Origin: the human T2T-CHM13v2.0 reference genome, Homo sapiens
DNA: 64,000 nucleotides
Strand: one strand, 5' to 3'
Assembly: GCF_009914755.1 (NCBI RefSeq)
Contig: NC_060939.1
The notes under the pieces are model-generated. The model was not told where the DNA came from. It did not search any database and saw only the letters and a program-made list of their open reading frames with translations. This document shows, in pieces, positions 1-13,682 of this stretch; the first letter of the stretch is position 1; every line of letters begins with the position of its first letter. Both the position numbers and the translations under genes were made by a program.

Positions 1-1700
<1,700 letters not shown>

Positions 1701-1964
1701 AGTACAGGTTGGCATTTAACTAACTTTGTTAGCACTCTTGCCACCAAATTGTTTGTTTGTGATAAACTTGTGGTCCATAGGAACCCTAGATTTTTTTTCT
1801 CCAAAACTTGCCCCAGGGTACATTGTGTGGGGGCGTTGTGTGTGGAAAAATTCAAAGGCTTTTGTTGCAGTCTCTTTCAGAGAGATGCCAGAATTTGCCA
1901 TGGGAACAAAGAAAACATATAGAAACATGCTGGGTGTTTCCACAGCTTCTTATGTCTGGAAGTT

Positions 1965-2089
1965 GCCATTTTTCAATACATCAAATGTTGACTGTGTCTT
2001 CTGTGTCAGGAGCCGGGAGTTTGGGGATAATTGAGACAGCATTCCTCCCCTCAATGGGTTCACAGTCATATGGGGGAAGCAGATGAGTT
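1965..2089 (-). mobile_element. L2 3' end fragment
   Basis: TCAAATGTTGACTGTGTCTTCTGTGTCAGG...CCCCTCAATGGGTTCACAGTCATATGGGGGAAGCAGA resembles antisense L2 3' end. Confidence 0.5.
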
Positions 2090-2102
2090 GAAAGAGGCTT
2101 GC

Positions 2103-2397
2103 CCGGGCGTGATGGTGCCTGTAATCCCAGCTACTGGGGATTACAAGGCTCTCAGGGGCACAGGTCTCAGAGGGAGCTCATACGCCTGTGAGGGACTTGA
2201 GGCTTTCTCCTGGAGCCAGAAGACCCTTACCGACAGATGTCAAGCAAGGAAGAGACACAATCAGATTGGCATTTTAAAAAGGAGAATCGCTTGAACCTGG
2301 GAGGTGAAGATTGCTGTGAGCCGAGATTGTGCCACTGCACTCCAACCTGGGTGACACAACGAGACTCCATCTCAAAAAAAAAAAAAAAAAAAAGAAA
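2103..2397 (+). mobile_element. 5'-truncated Alu (right arm) carrying an internal ~145-bp non-Alu insertion
   Basis: CCGGGCGTGATGGTGCCTGTAATCCCAGCTACT ... AGGAGAATCGCTTGAACC...poly-A; 13-bp TSD GAAAGAGGCTTGC at 2090-2102 and 2398-2410. Confidence 0.93.
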
Positions 2398-2500
2398 GAA
2401 AGAGGCTTGCAATAGAGTCTGCTGATAAGCACTGGCTGGCTTCTTTTATGGACATTTGGATTATGTGAACCAGGAATGGGACAATATAGAACTATTATTA

Positions 2501-2557
2501 TTATTATTTTGAGACAGAGTCTTGCTGTGTCGCCAGGCTGGAGTGCAGTGGTGCGTT
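2501..2557 (-). mobile_element. Severely 5'-truncated Alu 3' end with TSD
   Basis: TTTTGAGACAGAGTCTTGCTGTGTCGCCAGGCTGGAGTGCAGTGGTGCG flanked by GAACTATTATTA at 2489-2500 and 2558-2569. Confidence 0.9.
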
Positions 2558-2571
2558 GAACTATTATTAAA

Positions 2572-2800
2572 AGGCAGTGTAACATAGAGTCTAGGAATTT
2601 GGACTCTGGGCTCTCATCCTGTTTCAGTTGCTGATTAGCTGAGACTTGAGGCAAATTGCTTAACCTCTCTGTGCCTGGGTTTTCCCATCTGCCGGGTGAG
2701 GATAGTAAGAGCAGCTCTGGCATAAGCACAGCTGTGAAGATTAATAACAAAGTGCTTGGAGTCGTGTTTGGCACAGCATACCCACTCGGTAATCGTTAAC
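2572..2800 (+). mobile_element. MIR
   Basis: GGACTCTGG...TAGCTGAGACTTGAGGCAAATTGCTTAACCTCTCTGTGCCTGGGTTTTCCCATCTG: MIR core. Confidence 0.8.
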
Positions 2801-3489
2801 TGTTAGCAAATTCTCACCCTGTGAACAAATCTGAAAAATGCAAATCCTAAAACATTTTAAACGTTAATCAATAAACTCATCATTCTGAGCTGGCGTCCAA
2901 ATGGATTGCAAACTGTGTTTGTCACAATTGCCACGTGGTGGCGTGCCTGCTGCTGGCTCTGGGGAAATTGAATTATGCCAGTTCTGAATGGTGCCAGCCC
3001 TTCAGGAGGCTGGCCACCATGAGACGTGCTAGATGTCCTGCAGTACAGCCCAGGGGCTGCTTAGGCGGGAAGGCACACAGAGAAAAAGGGCCGGGCTTGG
3101 CAGAAGGGGGTTGGGGTCAGAGGGCTGGCAGGAGCAGAGGACAGAATCCTATGCAAAGCAGGCCAGAGGAAAGGAGTAAGACTCCTGCTAGGGCAGGGCA
3201 TAAGCCATCTGAGAAAGTCTCTCTCTTGCCCTTTATCTCTTGCCAGTCCCATGGCCTTTTCTCCGCTAGTTTATTGACTCGCCTGCTCCATTTTCCCAGT
3301 TTCTTTGTCCCCTTATCACCTGACCACAGCACTGACTCCAGAGGCTGTTGAGCTCCCCCTGCTCACTGCACACCTTCCCAGTCCAGGTCTCACTTCAGTG
3401 CTCAGGAGAGACCCTGGTACATTCAGGCCAGACCAGGGATTAGCCCTCGGGGGTCAGTGGCCATGCCAGCTTCAATTAATTAGTTGTCA

Positions 3490-3990
3490 GCGGGGAAGGG
3501 AGGATGAAGGACATAGAAGTATGGCCAGTTAGGCCCATCCAGTCTTTAGGTGAAGGAAGAGGCCACGATGGATATGTTCAGGTCAGAAAGTTTCATGGAG
3601 GAGTGACATTCACCGAGAATCTGAAAGACACCCCAGAGGGAGGAGTATTCCAGGCAGAGACACTGTAGGGTCACACAAAGGCAGGGAGGGGTGCAAGAGC
3701 TTGGGCCTTAAGGAAATGAGAGATGCCTGGGATGGTTGGAGTGTCGGGTTCCTGAAAATGGGAACAAGGCTCTCAGGGGGACAAGTCTCAGGGGGAGCTT
3801 GTATGCCTGTGAGGGACTCGAGGCTTTCTCTTGGAGCCAGAAGACCCTTGTCAAGCAAGGAAGAGACATGATCAGATTGGCCTTTTACAAAGCTCTCTCC
3901 CCAGCAGTGTGGATGCCATATTGGAGGGGGCTGAGTTCTGAGGTGGAGCCCCAATTAGGAGACTTCTGAAGTCATCCAGGTGAGAGGGGA
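3490..3990 (-). mobile_element. L2 fragment
   Basis: GTATTCCAGGCAGAGACACTGTAGGGTCACACAAAGGC...GACATGATCAGATTGG typical of antisense L2. Confidence 0.65.
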
Positions 3991-4029
3991 GAGGTAGGGC
4001 TGGAGTGGCTGGGGCTGCATTGTGGCTCC

Positions 4030-4150
4030 GGCAGATTCCAGCTGTGTGACCTTGAGCACATTACTTACCCTTTCTGAGCTTTATCCCTAGCGGTGCCTGG
4101 CATATAGCAGGAGCTCAGCACATATATGTTGAATGAATAAGTGAATGAAT
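4030..4150 (+). mobile_element. MIR core plus L2 3' tail
   Basis: AGCTGTGTGACCTTGAGCACATTACTTACC followed by GTGCCTGGCATATAGCAGGAGCTCAG...TGTTGAATGAATAAGTGAATGAAT. Confidence 0.65.
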
Positions 4151-4719
4151 GTCAAAAAGCCATCGAAATGCGTGGCCAGACTGAAGACAGAACACCATGC
4201 TGAGCCTGAAAGGACACTCATGTCACGGGGCTGGGAGCCTGGGGAAACATCTCCAGACCTTCCAAATCCCGGGCCTTGCTCGCTTATCTCATCGTTACCT
4301 CTTGCCCATCTCCCACCTTGCCCTTGGAATAAGGGATCTCCGGATCTGATGAGAAAGGGCTTTTATTTCTTAATTTTCTGAGGCCCTGCAGATATGAGAG
4401 GGACCCTGGCGGAAAAGAAAGCCACTGAGATGGGGAGGGCAAAGCTGCAAATGGACTGGACCTGCCATGAAGGCAGGGTTCTTGCCAGGCTGCAAGAATC
4501 GAGGGTAAGGTCCCAAACCTGCCCCGTCCGCTTCAGTCTCCAGAAAGCCTTCCTGAAGGAGGCCAAGATAGCAGAGGTGCCAGTCTTAGGTGGAAGAGGA
4601 GGTGAGATTTCACCCTGTCCCTCATTCTGTTTCCTGACCTGTAGTGGTTGAGAGGCAAAGAGGTGCCCAGCTCTCCTTAGATTACTGCATCTCCGTCCCC
4701 TACACTTAGCCACAAACCG

Positions 4720-5610
4720 CCAGGCAGGTGCCCAAGCACCGCCCGCGCTGCGCGGGTCCCGAGCCGTTCTCGACATCGGTGGCAGCCTCAGCCGCGCTCA
4801 CCTGCATCTCCCCGGAACGCCCACCAGAGGGCGCTGTTGGACAGCGCGCAGAGCCACGCTTATGGGGCGGAAGAGCTGCGAGGTCAGCACCGCCGACTGG
4901 AGCACTCGGGGCGGGTGGGCAGGACGAGCGGAGGCCGTGGGTTGGAGCGTGGGAGACCTTCAGGAGCTCCTACGTCCTCTAAGAGGCTTGGCGTAGTCCG
5001 GCGAGGTCTCGGGGGTGCGCGGACACCAGCCTCCTCAGCCTCAGGTCTGGAATCCGGCGGGATGGGGGACTGGGCGACGGCATTGTGAGGGCTCGGCGGA
5101 GGCGCCAGGGGGCGCTAGCTGGCTCCTCGCAGCCGATCCAGGCCGCGGCGGTTCCACGAGGTCCGGCGCCCCGCGCCCCGCGACCCGCGGTCCTGGCCAA
5201 GCTGTCGGGGAAGGTGCGGCGGAGACCACCCGTTCCTCTTCTCCCTCCCTCCCTCCCTCTTCGGCCGGCGGGGAGTGGCGCCCACCATCCAGCCTGCGCC
5301 TCTGCGCCCTGCACCCCCATCCGCACCCTTTCTCCGGCCAAGTTTCCCTGCGCCCCCGTTCCTGGTACCCGCGCCGGCCCCCGTGGCTCCTCCACGGCTC
5401 TCTCCTGGAATTAAGCTTCCGGGAAGGGTTTGGCCGATTCTCAGACTGGAGAAGGCGGGCCCCAGCAGAGGCCCGAGTGATTTCGAGAAGCCCCGTGGCT
5501 GGGCGTCGATGTTCGCCCTGGACTCAGTGACCCAGTAACCCCACAGCAGGAGGAACAGGCTCGCTACGGGGTTAGGGAACCTTCAGGCGCCGAGAAAAAG
5601 ATACGCAACG
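4720..5610. promoter_or_regulatory. CpG island
   Basis: Dense CpG and very high GC content seen in sequence. Confidence 0.8.
4821..4834 (+). promoter_or_regulatory. CTCF site
   Basis: CCACCAGAGGGCGC matches the CTCF core consensus CCASYAGRKGGCRS exactly. Confidence 0.75.
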
Positions 5611-6868
5611 GCAAGCCATACTTTTCTGGACACTGGCTCTGGGGGCGCTGCTCCTCTGAACCTCGACTTTCCCCAGGCACGCACCTCAGAGCTGAGCCCC
5701 CTGGGGACTCCCAAGCTCTGCGTCTCCCTGAGTCCTGAGGCAGGAGAGGAGGAGGCTTCAGGGGCGGACTGAGCCTCCTCCCCCTAGCCGTACCCTGTCA
5801 CCCTGGGAGCCTGGAACGTGCATCTGAGGCCAGAGCGACTCTTGCCTCTTTTCCAGTGAGCTGGGGGAAAGTCACCCTCCTGAGGAGACCAGCCTTCGAG
5901 GGCGTCATGAGCGCGTGTTTGGGGCAGGAACCGGCCGGCCCTCCCTGCTGTGCTACCCCCTGAAACTGGATGGCCCCCCTTTCATTCCCCCAGCTCAGGA
6001 GAGGCTTGACCCTACTGGAAGCTCGAGGGCGCAGGCCTGGAGGAAAGAGAGGAACAGAAATCCGGGCTGTGGGGGAGCAGCTGGAAAGCTGGAGAAGCTG
6101 GAGGAAGGATGTTGCTGGCTGTTCTTCCCCCACCCCCATTCCTGAGTTTGGGGCTGCAGCCCCCACAAAATCTGCCCTGCAGGTCCAAGTAGTACCCAGC
6201 AGCCAAGCAGTAGAATTTGGGCAGCACCCCGGAAGAGGCTTGCAGGATAGGACACAGCCCACAAGAATCATCCGAGGCTGCACCGTGACCAGCCCCTCAA
6301 GACAGAGCGAGACCCAAATAACCCCCGCGGGCGGACCCGCAGCGTTCTGTGACTCCACCGCGGAGTCCAAAAGGCAGCTGAGGGTGGGAGCGGAGGGGAA
6401 GGGAGGGGGGCCACAGGCGCTCGGGCGAGGGAGGCGCGTCAATGGGCCGCAGGGGCCGGATCGGTGGCCTAATGGATTCAGGCCTGCACGGCAGAGGCGC
6501 ACCCGGCGGCCTGCCCGCGCTCTCAATAGCGGACAATGGAGTCCCGGGGTGACCTGAACAAAGAATTTGGAAGTAGTTAAACTGCAGAACACGTTCTCGG
6601 CCTGGGTGCCTCCTTTCAAAAGGAGCGCTGGGAGAAGAAAAGAAAGCACTGGGGGGTGAAGGGAGTGAGAAAATGCCCAGGGGAAAAGTTGGTAGGTCGC
6701 CCTAGTTGCCGCCAGCTACCAGACGCCAGGAATTCAATAGGAAATGGGGGAGGGGGTGGCCCAAGTCTACCAGACCGCAAGGAGAATCAGATAAAGTTCT
6801 CCAGGAGATGGCTGGGGTTCCGGAGCAGAACTGAGCTTTCGCCCAGGGCAGAGAGCACCTCCCCCCAC

Positions 6869-6898
6869 AACACACACACGCACACATACACACACACG
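6869..6898. repeat. Imperfect (CA)n
   Basis: AACACACACACGCACACATACACACACAC. Confidence 0.8.
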
Positions 6899-8513
6899 GT
6901 CAAGGCCAGGAGAAGCTTCCCTAGGGCTTTGGAGCTAGAACAGGAACCAGTGAGTGGAGGGGGTGTCTGGGCCCCTGTGTCTAGCCCTACATGGCGCTGC
7001 TTCCCTCCTTGGCTCCTCTAACAGGAGGATAGGGCTCCCTCTTTGAGCCCTTTCGCAGAGCTTTTGTTTTTCCTTCCCCATCCAGTTCAGAAAGACTGGG
7101 TTCTCTCTCTCCACCCCTTCTTCACTCCCCACCCCGCACAACCAGCAATCTAGGTTCTTCTATGAGAATATATAGTTTGTATTTTAAAGTCAGACCTCTA
7201 GGTGTAAAATATAGGGCCAATTATTATTTTATTTCATTTTTTCAAAATTTTCTAATGTTTCCACAATGAACACAGCCACAACGTAGGAAAAGAAGACATT
7301 TAAAAGGCAGTCAGTTATACTGGTATCAAACTAACTTAGAAGAGAAGGAACTTGAAAGACTGTGGAAACCAGAAGTGTAAATAAAATGACGGAATAAATG
7401 GTTAGGAGACGAGCCGAAAAGAAGAAAGGAGCGGTGGCTGCCACGTTCCTGGGAGGCAGTGCCTCTGGAACCTTAGAGAACGCTCCCTGGCCAGGAGGCT
7501 TCCTCCTGTGGGAGGTGCTTGGCTTGCAAGGGGTTAACAGTATTGCTCATGAACTTGGCCTGTCTGTCTGGCTCGTGATGAATGGTGAGACCCGCTGACA
7601 AGTTCAGCCTAGGGACCTCCCCTACTGTGGAAGTGGGAGAAACACACACGGGCGGGCGGAGGGGACCCGGGGCGAGTCATCAAGGGCGCGTGGTTCGGCG
7701 TGCCAGGCGCGCTGCTCTGCCTGCTCTCTTGGCTTCTGTCTCCCTTCGACCGATCGCCCCCTATCCTGAAGCTTTCCAATGTCATCTTGGAGCCCCAAAG
7801 TTTCCTGGGGCCTCCGCGTTGTGCGTCCCAGAACCCCTTGCCTGCCCCTGAGGGAAACGCGGAGCCATAGGCAGCGGGACGTCGGGAGCCAGCCCAGGGG
7901 AGGCCAGATTCAGCATTTGGACAGCGGCTCTGGGGCGCAGTCGGCCCAGCGAGTTTGCCGGTGAACAGCCTCGGGCAGATGGCGGGTAGGAGGGCCGCAG
8001 GGCTGCTCTGGGTCTTGGAGAAGCAGGACCCAGCCTAGAGGGCATCCCCAGCTCCGAATGGGACACGTTTTCCCGAGATAAAAGATCCCTTCTGAGCTCA
8101 CACGGGAGCCCCGGGACCAGCCAATCCAGCGTGGATATCCCCAGCCTAACCAACACCTATGCTGGGGGGAAAGATAAGACGCCCCCTTTCAGCCAGGAGG
8201 TGGACGACCCTCATGCCCTCAGCTCTCCATTCTTCCCAAAGCAGCTCGGATCCCTAAGTCTGGAGCTGCCAGCGAGGCTTCCAACCCGCTGCTTGCCATC
8301 ACCTCCCAGGTCGTTGGTGGCTCCGAGTGAGTCTGGCAGCGCGGGGAGGAGAGGGGGGACGAATGGCGTTGCGACTCCCAGGGAAAAGCTGGGAGGCAAG
8401 CGGGGCGTGGGGAGGAAAGGCCAAGGCACACGGCTGGGCGCCCCTCACAGCCTTCCTCCGCCGCCTCCATTCCGCACTGGTCGGGGTGAAGGGGGGGGCG
8501 GGGGGAGCCGCGC

Positions 8514-8521
8514 TGACGTCA
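8514..8521. promoter_or_regulatory. CRE (CREB/ATF) palindrome
   Basis: TGACGTCA just after a GC box in the CpG island. Confidence 0.65.
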
Positions 8522-8539
8522 CTGCGGGCCGTGCCCGCC

Positions 8540-8792
8540 CGAGAAGGCGGCGCTGGGAGCCGCTCAGAGCCCAGAGAAGCGGCGCGCGGCCAGGAGCCCC
8601 CGCTCCGCCACTGCCGTGCCTGCCTCCCGCAGCTGTCTGCCATGCGCTCGCCGGGGCAGGGGCGCCCGGAGGGCGGCTAGAGCTGGGCCTGAGCCCGGGA
8701 ACGCGCCTGATCAGGGGTGGCGGAGCCGCGGTCCCCACAGCCGCCCCACCCGCGCCGCTGCCTCGCTGGGGCCCGGGCCCCCTTCCCGGTCC
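8540..8792 (+). ncRNA. MIR9-3HG: Putative first exon of MIR9-3HG (5' end approximate)
   Basis: Downstream of CRE/GC box; ends at consensus donor GTAAGT (8793-8798). Confidence 0.55.
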
Positions 8793-11023
8793 GTAAGTGC
8801 CACTGCCCGCTGTGTCTCGGCGAGGCTGGGGAGCGAGGGCTAGGGAGTGAGGGCGGTGGCTTCGGCCAGGGCAGCGTCAGGGAGCTGGGCTGGACTGAGA
8901 GAGGGGGCTGGGGCATCCCTGCCCGGCCCCCTTGGGCAGCTCAGGCAGCTGGGTCTTCCCTTTGCCGCTGGGCGGGATGAGAGGTGCGCTCCCACTGCGG
9001 GTGGGAGGCAGGACTCAGTCATCCCGGGCAAAGGGTTGTGGGGCAGTGGGAAGCGCCCAGAGGTGAGGACTTTGGGTGAGCGGAAAGGGGAAGGGCGCAG
9101 GGTCGGCTGGAAGTTGTGGGGCTGCAGACAGGTTTAGCAGAAAGGAAGGTTTCTGAAGTGAGGTTCCTGTGAGTCCCAGGATCGCCCTCTCCCTAGCCAC
9201 TGCCCCCCTACCCCTTCCTTCTTATCCCCTCCCCCACAAAAAATAATAACCTAGAAAGCAGCTTCCTGAAAAAAATATTTTGAGAAAAATGCACCACACA
9301 GCACCCGCTCTAGACAAGATTTATGACGTTTTTCCCCCTCTGAAATGGGAAGTTGTTGGGAAATCCTATTCACTCTGCTCCCCACTCCGTGCCCCAGAAC
9401 AGGCCTCTTTGATCTGTCTGTGGGCGTCTCTGCAGCCTCCTCCAGCCTAGGCTCCACTGAGCTGGAGAAGAATATGGGCAGCGGTGGAGGTTGAGTCAAG
9501 TGAGGGGCTTCTTTGGAAGAAGGGTTGGTGGGGGAGTTGGTCCAGTTTGGACCCGTCAGAGCAGGGAGGTAACAGAAGCTGGGAGAACTTCCAGGGTCAG
9601 ATCACAGAAGCAGTACTGGAGTCCAGAAAAACACACTGAATCTTTGTGGCTGGGCAGAAATCGAGGTGCTGGGCCTAAAGGGAGCCCCCTTTTGTGTCCC
9701 CATATCCTGGAGGAGGGGGATTCTTAAGCCATGGAGGGGAAGAGGATGGAGTTTGAGGGTCTACCTTTCAATCAAGGAACAGTGGCCAGAGGTTAGGCTA
9801 AGTGGGCACTGAGATGGGGGCATCATACAGGGTCCACCTCAGGACTTCCATTAGCAGTATCTGCTGCTGGAGACCCCAGGGAAGGGGTAGTCCTTTGTCC
9901 AGGCCTTTTCAGGAGGGGTGTTTTCAGGTTCCTGCCCAGTTTAGGCCTCCCCAGAGCCCACACCTCAGCTGCTGAGGAGAGAGGCTGGATGTGGGAGCCA
10001 GAGAGAGCATTACCGCTCGACTGACCACGTGTACATGAAGGTGGGTGTGCAGGCTCTGGGACCTCCTGGGTGCAGGGAGCTGGGTCCATCTGAGCTGGCC
10101 CAATGCTGGGTCTCTCAGCTAGCAGTCCTGCCGGCCTCCAGACAATAGGGAGATCAGCTTAATCAAAGCTTGGGCCTGAGGAAGGAACAAGGGAGGGAGG
10201 GGGCAGTGGGGTGAGGGCACCCTGGACTTAGCCTAGATTGTGGCTGGAGACACTGTCTCCTAATTAAGAACCCGTGGGACTCAGGAAAGGAGCACTAGCT
10301 CCAGGCTGAATTGCAGGCTGGGTGGCTGCATCTGCCTGGAGTAGCGCCTGGGGAGTTCCATTGGCCTCTGGCTCCCAGCCTCTAGATCAGGGCAAGTCTG
10401 GTCTCAGTAGAAGGGTGCCTGCGCAGGGCTGTTGGCTAGGGTCAGAACTGTCCCCCTCTCCTGCCACTTAACCACTTAATTTGCTATGTCCTGAAATAGA
10501 AGGCACACTCCTGTGGGTTGTTAGGTCCCCCGCGCTGAGTTGTGTAACTACCAATAGGAAACAGGAACTTGGGCCAAAGCCAGCTTGGAGTCCAAGCAGC
10601 TGCCACTGCCAATGGGTACAAGAGTGTACACGTGTACATGCATGGGCAAGGTACCAGCCACCTGTCTTAGGCTGGCTGCTAGACGGAGGGCCAAGTGTGT
10701 GAGGGGGTATTGTGCAGATTTGGTGAGTTGAGGGAGTGCAGGATATGCATGTGGTTGCAGCAGGAATGGGCATCTCCGTTGATCTGGATATGGGAGTTTC
10801 ATGGCCCAGGGGCTCTCTTTCCTCAGTGGAGGTTTGAATACGAAAAATTGAGTCCCAGGCCCTCAGTGGAGGCACCTAGTCGCTGAGGCTTTCTTTTTCT
10901 CTGGCTGTTAGCTTCTCCTGGTAGCTGCAGGTGCCCCTGGAGCCTGGGTTTAGGACTGAGGGGGCGAGGTGGAAGAAGTTCAGGGCAAGCGGGGAGGTGG
11001 AGAGACAGGCCTGGCAGGCAGCT

Positions 11024-11044
11024 CTCAGCACCATGGCCAGGGCC
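11024..11044 (+). promoter_or_regulatory. RE1/NRSE (REST binding site)
   Basis: CTCAGCACCATGGCCAGGGCC vs consensus TTCAGCACCACGGACAGCGCC, canonical spacing, 17/21; about 3 kb upstream of mir-9-3. Confidence 0.8.
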
Positions 11045-13682
11045 CAACAACTGCCACCGGTGCTTTGGCCTGGGTGCCCAGTGGCCAGCCAGACCCAGTA
11101 CCTGATCTTCTGAAACTTTAGGGACTGTGCTGGGGCTGAAGGCCAAGGCTAGGGGCTTGGTGTGGGGAAAGCTCATGGAACCCAGACACAGCCTGAATTG
11201 CAGGCAAAGGGGCAATCTGGGTCAATGCTGGTGGCTGGTCAGGTTCTCCCCACTTGGTCTCTGAATTGGCCTGCCCAGCAGTCTGCCAGCCTCAGCTGGC
11301 AGTGCCCAGCCCACACAATGCGCTTCTGCCTGGTGTCGACCTGGATGGCTTCCCGGGCTCCTGTTAAGCTGTGTGTGGAAGCCGGCTGCCAACCCACGGA
11401 GACTGCAGCTGCCTTGACCCACCGGAACAGCCTCCTCTCAGCAGCCTATGGCCTTGAGGCTCGGTCTTTCTGTGGCCTTCTTCCTGGGAGTGGGGCTACA
11501 GTGAGATGGAGGAGGCACTGATTCTGGGGCCGGTCTCACTCAAGCAGGGTGTGGGAGCCTCCCCCTGGTCAGCCTCACCTGCTCCCAAGAAGGGACTCGA
11601 TTTCCCAAAAAGACAGTAGAGATGTGGCTCTGATGACAGTGGCCTCCTGCATCTGAACTGAATCGAAATCAGGCTTTTAATTCTTTCTCCCAAAGCCCCA
11701 ACCCGCCCTAGGCTTGCAGGCCGGCCTCCGCGCGCGGTTACCGCGAGTCTCGCTGAGGAGCCATTTTGTGCAGCATCCTGCTTAAATCACACTCCGAGGG
11801 GCTCGTTCCTCGCTCCCTCTTCCCCCTCGCTTCCTCTCTTTCTTCCCTCTCTCTCAGGTGAAACATGCTTCTGGGCCCCTCCCTGCCTCCGCAGCCCCAC
11901 CCTTCCCACCCCTGGGTGGCCCGGAAAGGACTAGGGCTCAGAAGGCCGCCCACACACACATCAAGAAGGGAAGAGGGTGCAGGTTCCTGGAGCTGCAGGA
12001 GGAGGGGAAGCAAGGGGCGCCTCCCAATTATGGAAATTCATGGAATTAACTGTCTCGGGCCCAAATTCAGAGCTTCCTTCCTGAACCGTGGCTGGCCTCT
12101 CTGTTCCTCTGCTGGTTCAGCTGTCCAGCCCTTGTTCACCTTCTGGAAAAAGGAATGTGTCTGCGAAGTGGGATTTCGAGGGAAACATGTACATAGCAGA
12201 TTTGGTTGGTCACAAGCTGGCTGGGATGAGAGCAGGATGTCACCTGCTTCGGATTTAGAGATGGGATGAAATTAGAACAAACCACAGACAAGCAATGGGG
12301 AAAGAGGCATTTGACAAAATCCAGAACTTGACAAAATCCACATGTGTCATTTTTAGGGGAGTGTATGGAAGGAAGAGATTTTTAGTAAAATCATGAAATC
12401 TTTTCCAAACCATCCACTTTTGGCCCCTTCTTTCCAACCCATCCTGCAAGGGTTTTACCTGGCTCAGAGTGGCCCAGTGCCCCAGACCCCACTAAAATGA
12501 ATCTGCACGGGTACCTCCACCTAACCCCACAGTGCTCACTGTAGACAGCAGCAGTGAGAGTCTCTGTGACTCCCGTGTATTGACTGCTGGAATCTGGGAA
12601 TCCACTTGCCCAGTCCCACATAAAATCTCTCCCTAGCTGTTGAGCTTAAGATTTTTCTGGGGGTATCTAGGAGCAAAGATATTGCATTTTTCATACTGAA
12701 TCCTTTGCATCTTGGGGATGGCTGACAGGCGGAGGTGAATCATAGGGCTCAAGGCTGGAGGGTAGCCACAGCAGCAAGGAAGAAGGGGGTGATGGCTGGC
12801 ATGAGCACGAAGTGGTACCCATAGGCCACTCACATCTGGAAGGCTGCAATGGTACCACCAATTCAGCTGCCAGCTCAGTTTAGGGGTGATTCCGGGAGAC
12901 CCAAGGTGGCAGTCCCTTTCCACTGTTGCGGCTACTTGGAGTGAGTAGCCAGGTGTGTGCTGAGAGCTGAAGAAGGAGAGTGGAGGCATGGCTTTGTGCT
13001 TTAATTTTTGGTGAAATATGAATTTAACCAGGAGCCAAGAGAGAGCCTAGGACTTCTCCAAGGTGCTTGGCACAATCGGTTTTACACTCCTAGTGTGTCT
13101 AGGAACCGAGAGAGAGAAGGGACCTAGCAGCTTGGTACTCAGGGCCCAGGCCAGGGCCTCGCCCAAGTGGAGCATAGCTGAGGAACCTCTGAGTGCCAGG
13201 TGTTATGGGTGGGACACCGACCTGCGCTCACCGGGACACTTAATTCTTCCTCCAATCCCTGGTCTCTGCCGCGTGGGCTAGATCTACTGCAAGTGCTGGG
13301 CATGGGGAAAGGAAGAGAGAAGTTAAAGGTGAAATGGCTTCTGCTCTCGGCCTCTCCGTGAGCGCTCTCGGCCCTCCTGTGGAGATCGCCACGTCCTATC
13401 ACACGCGTCCCTAAACCTTGTCACTCGAGCATTCTTGTCTCCCAAACTCTGATGGTCCGCAGTGGGTACTGGGCTCCCTGGGCCCTGGGAGGAAGACGGA
13501 GGAGTTTGGGTGAAAGATCAGACGGTGCGCAGCCCTGAGGCTTCTGAGGGCAGAGGGTGCGCTTCCTTGCCCTCGGGGCGGGGAAGCCGTGAACGCCGAG
13601 GCCATTGTAAGGCTGGGTGGTGCGGAGCGCGGGAAGGGGGCTGGGATTTGAATGGGAGCCTGTGATTGGCCGATCCCTGGAC

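Larger units (their letters stand above)
7640..8900. promoter_or_regulatory. CpG island; upstream promoter of MIR9-3HG
   Basis: CpG-dense; GC boxes, full CRE at 8514-8521, strong splice donor TCC|GTAAGT at 8792/8793. Confidence 0.8.

Noticed and set aside
1704-1960. AT-rich block that may be an old DNA transposon, with an X-box-like TTTGCCATGGGAAC
   Set aside because: Cannot assign a family or function by eye.
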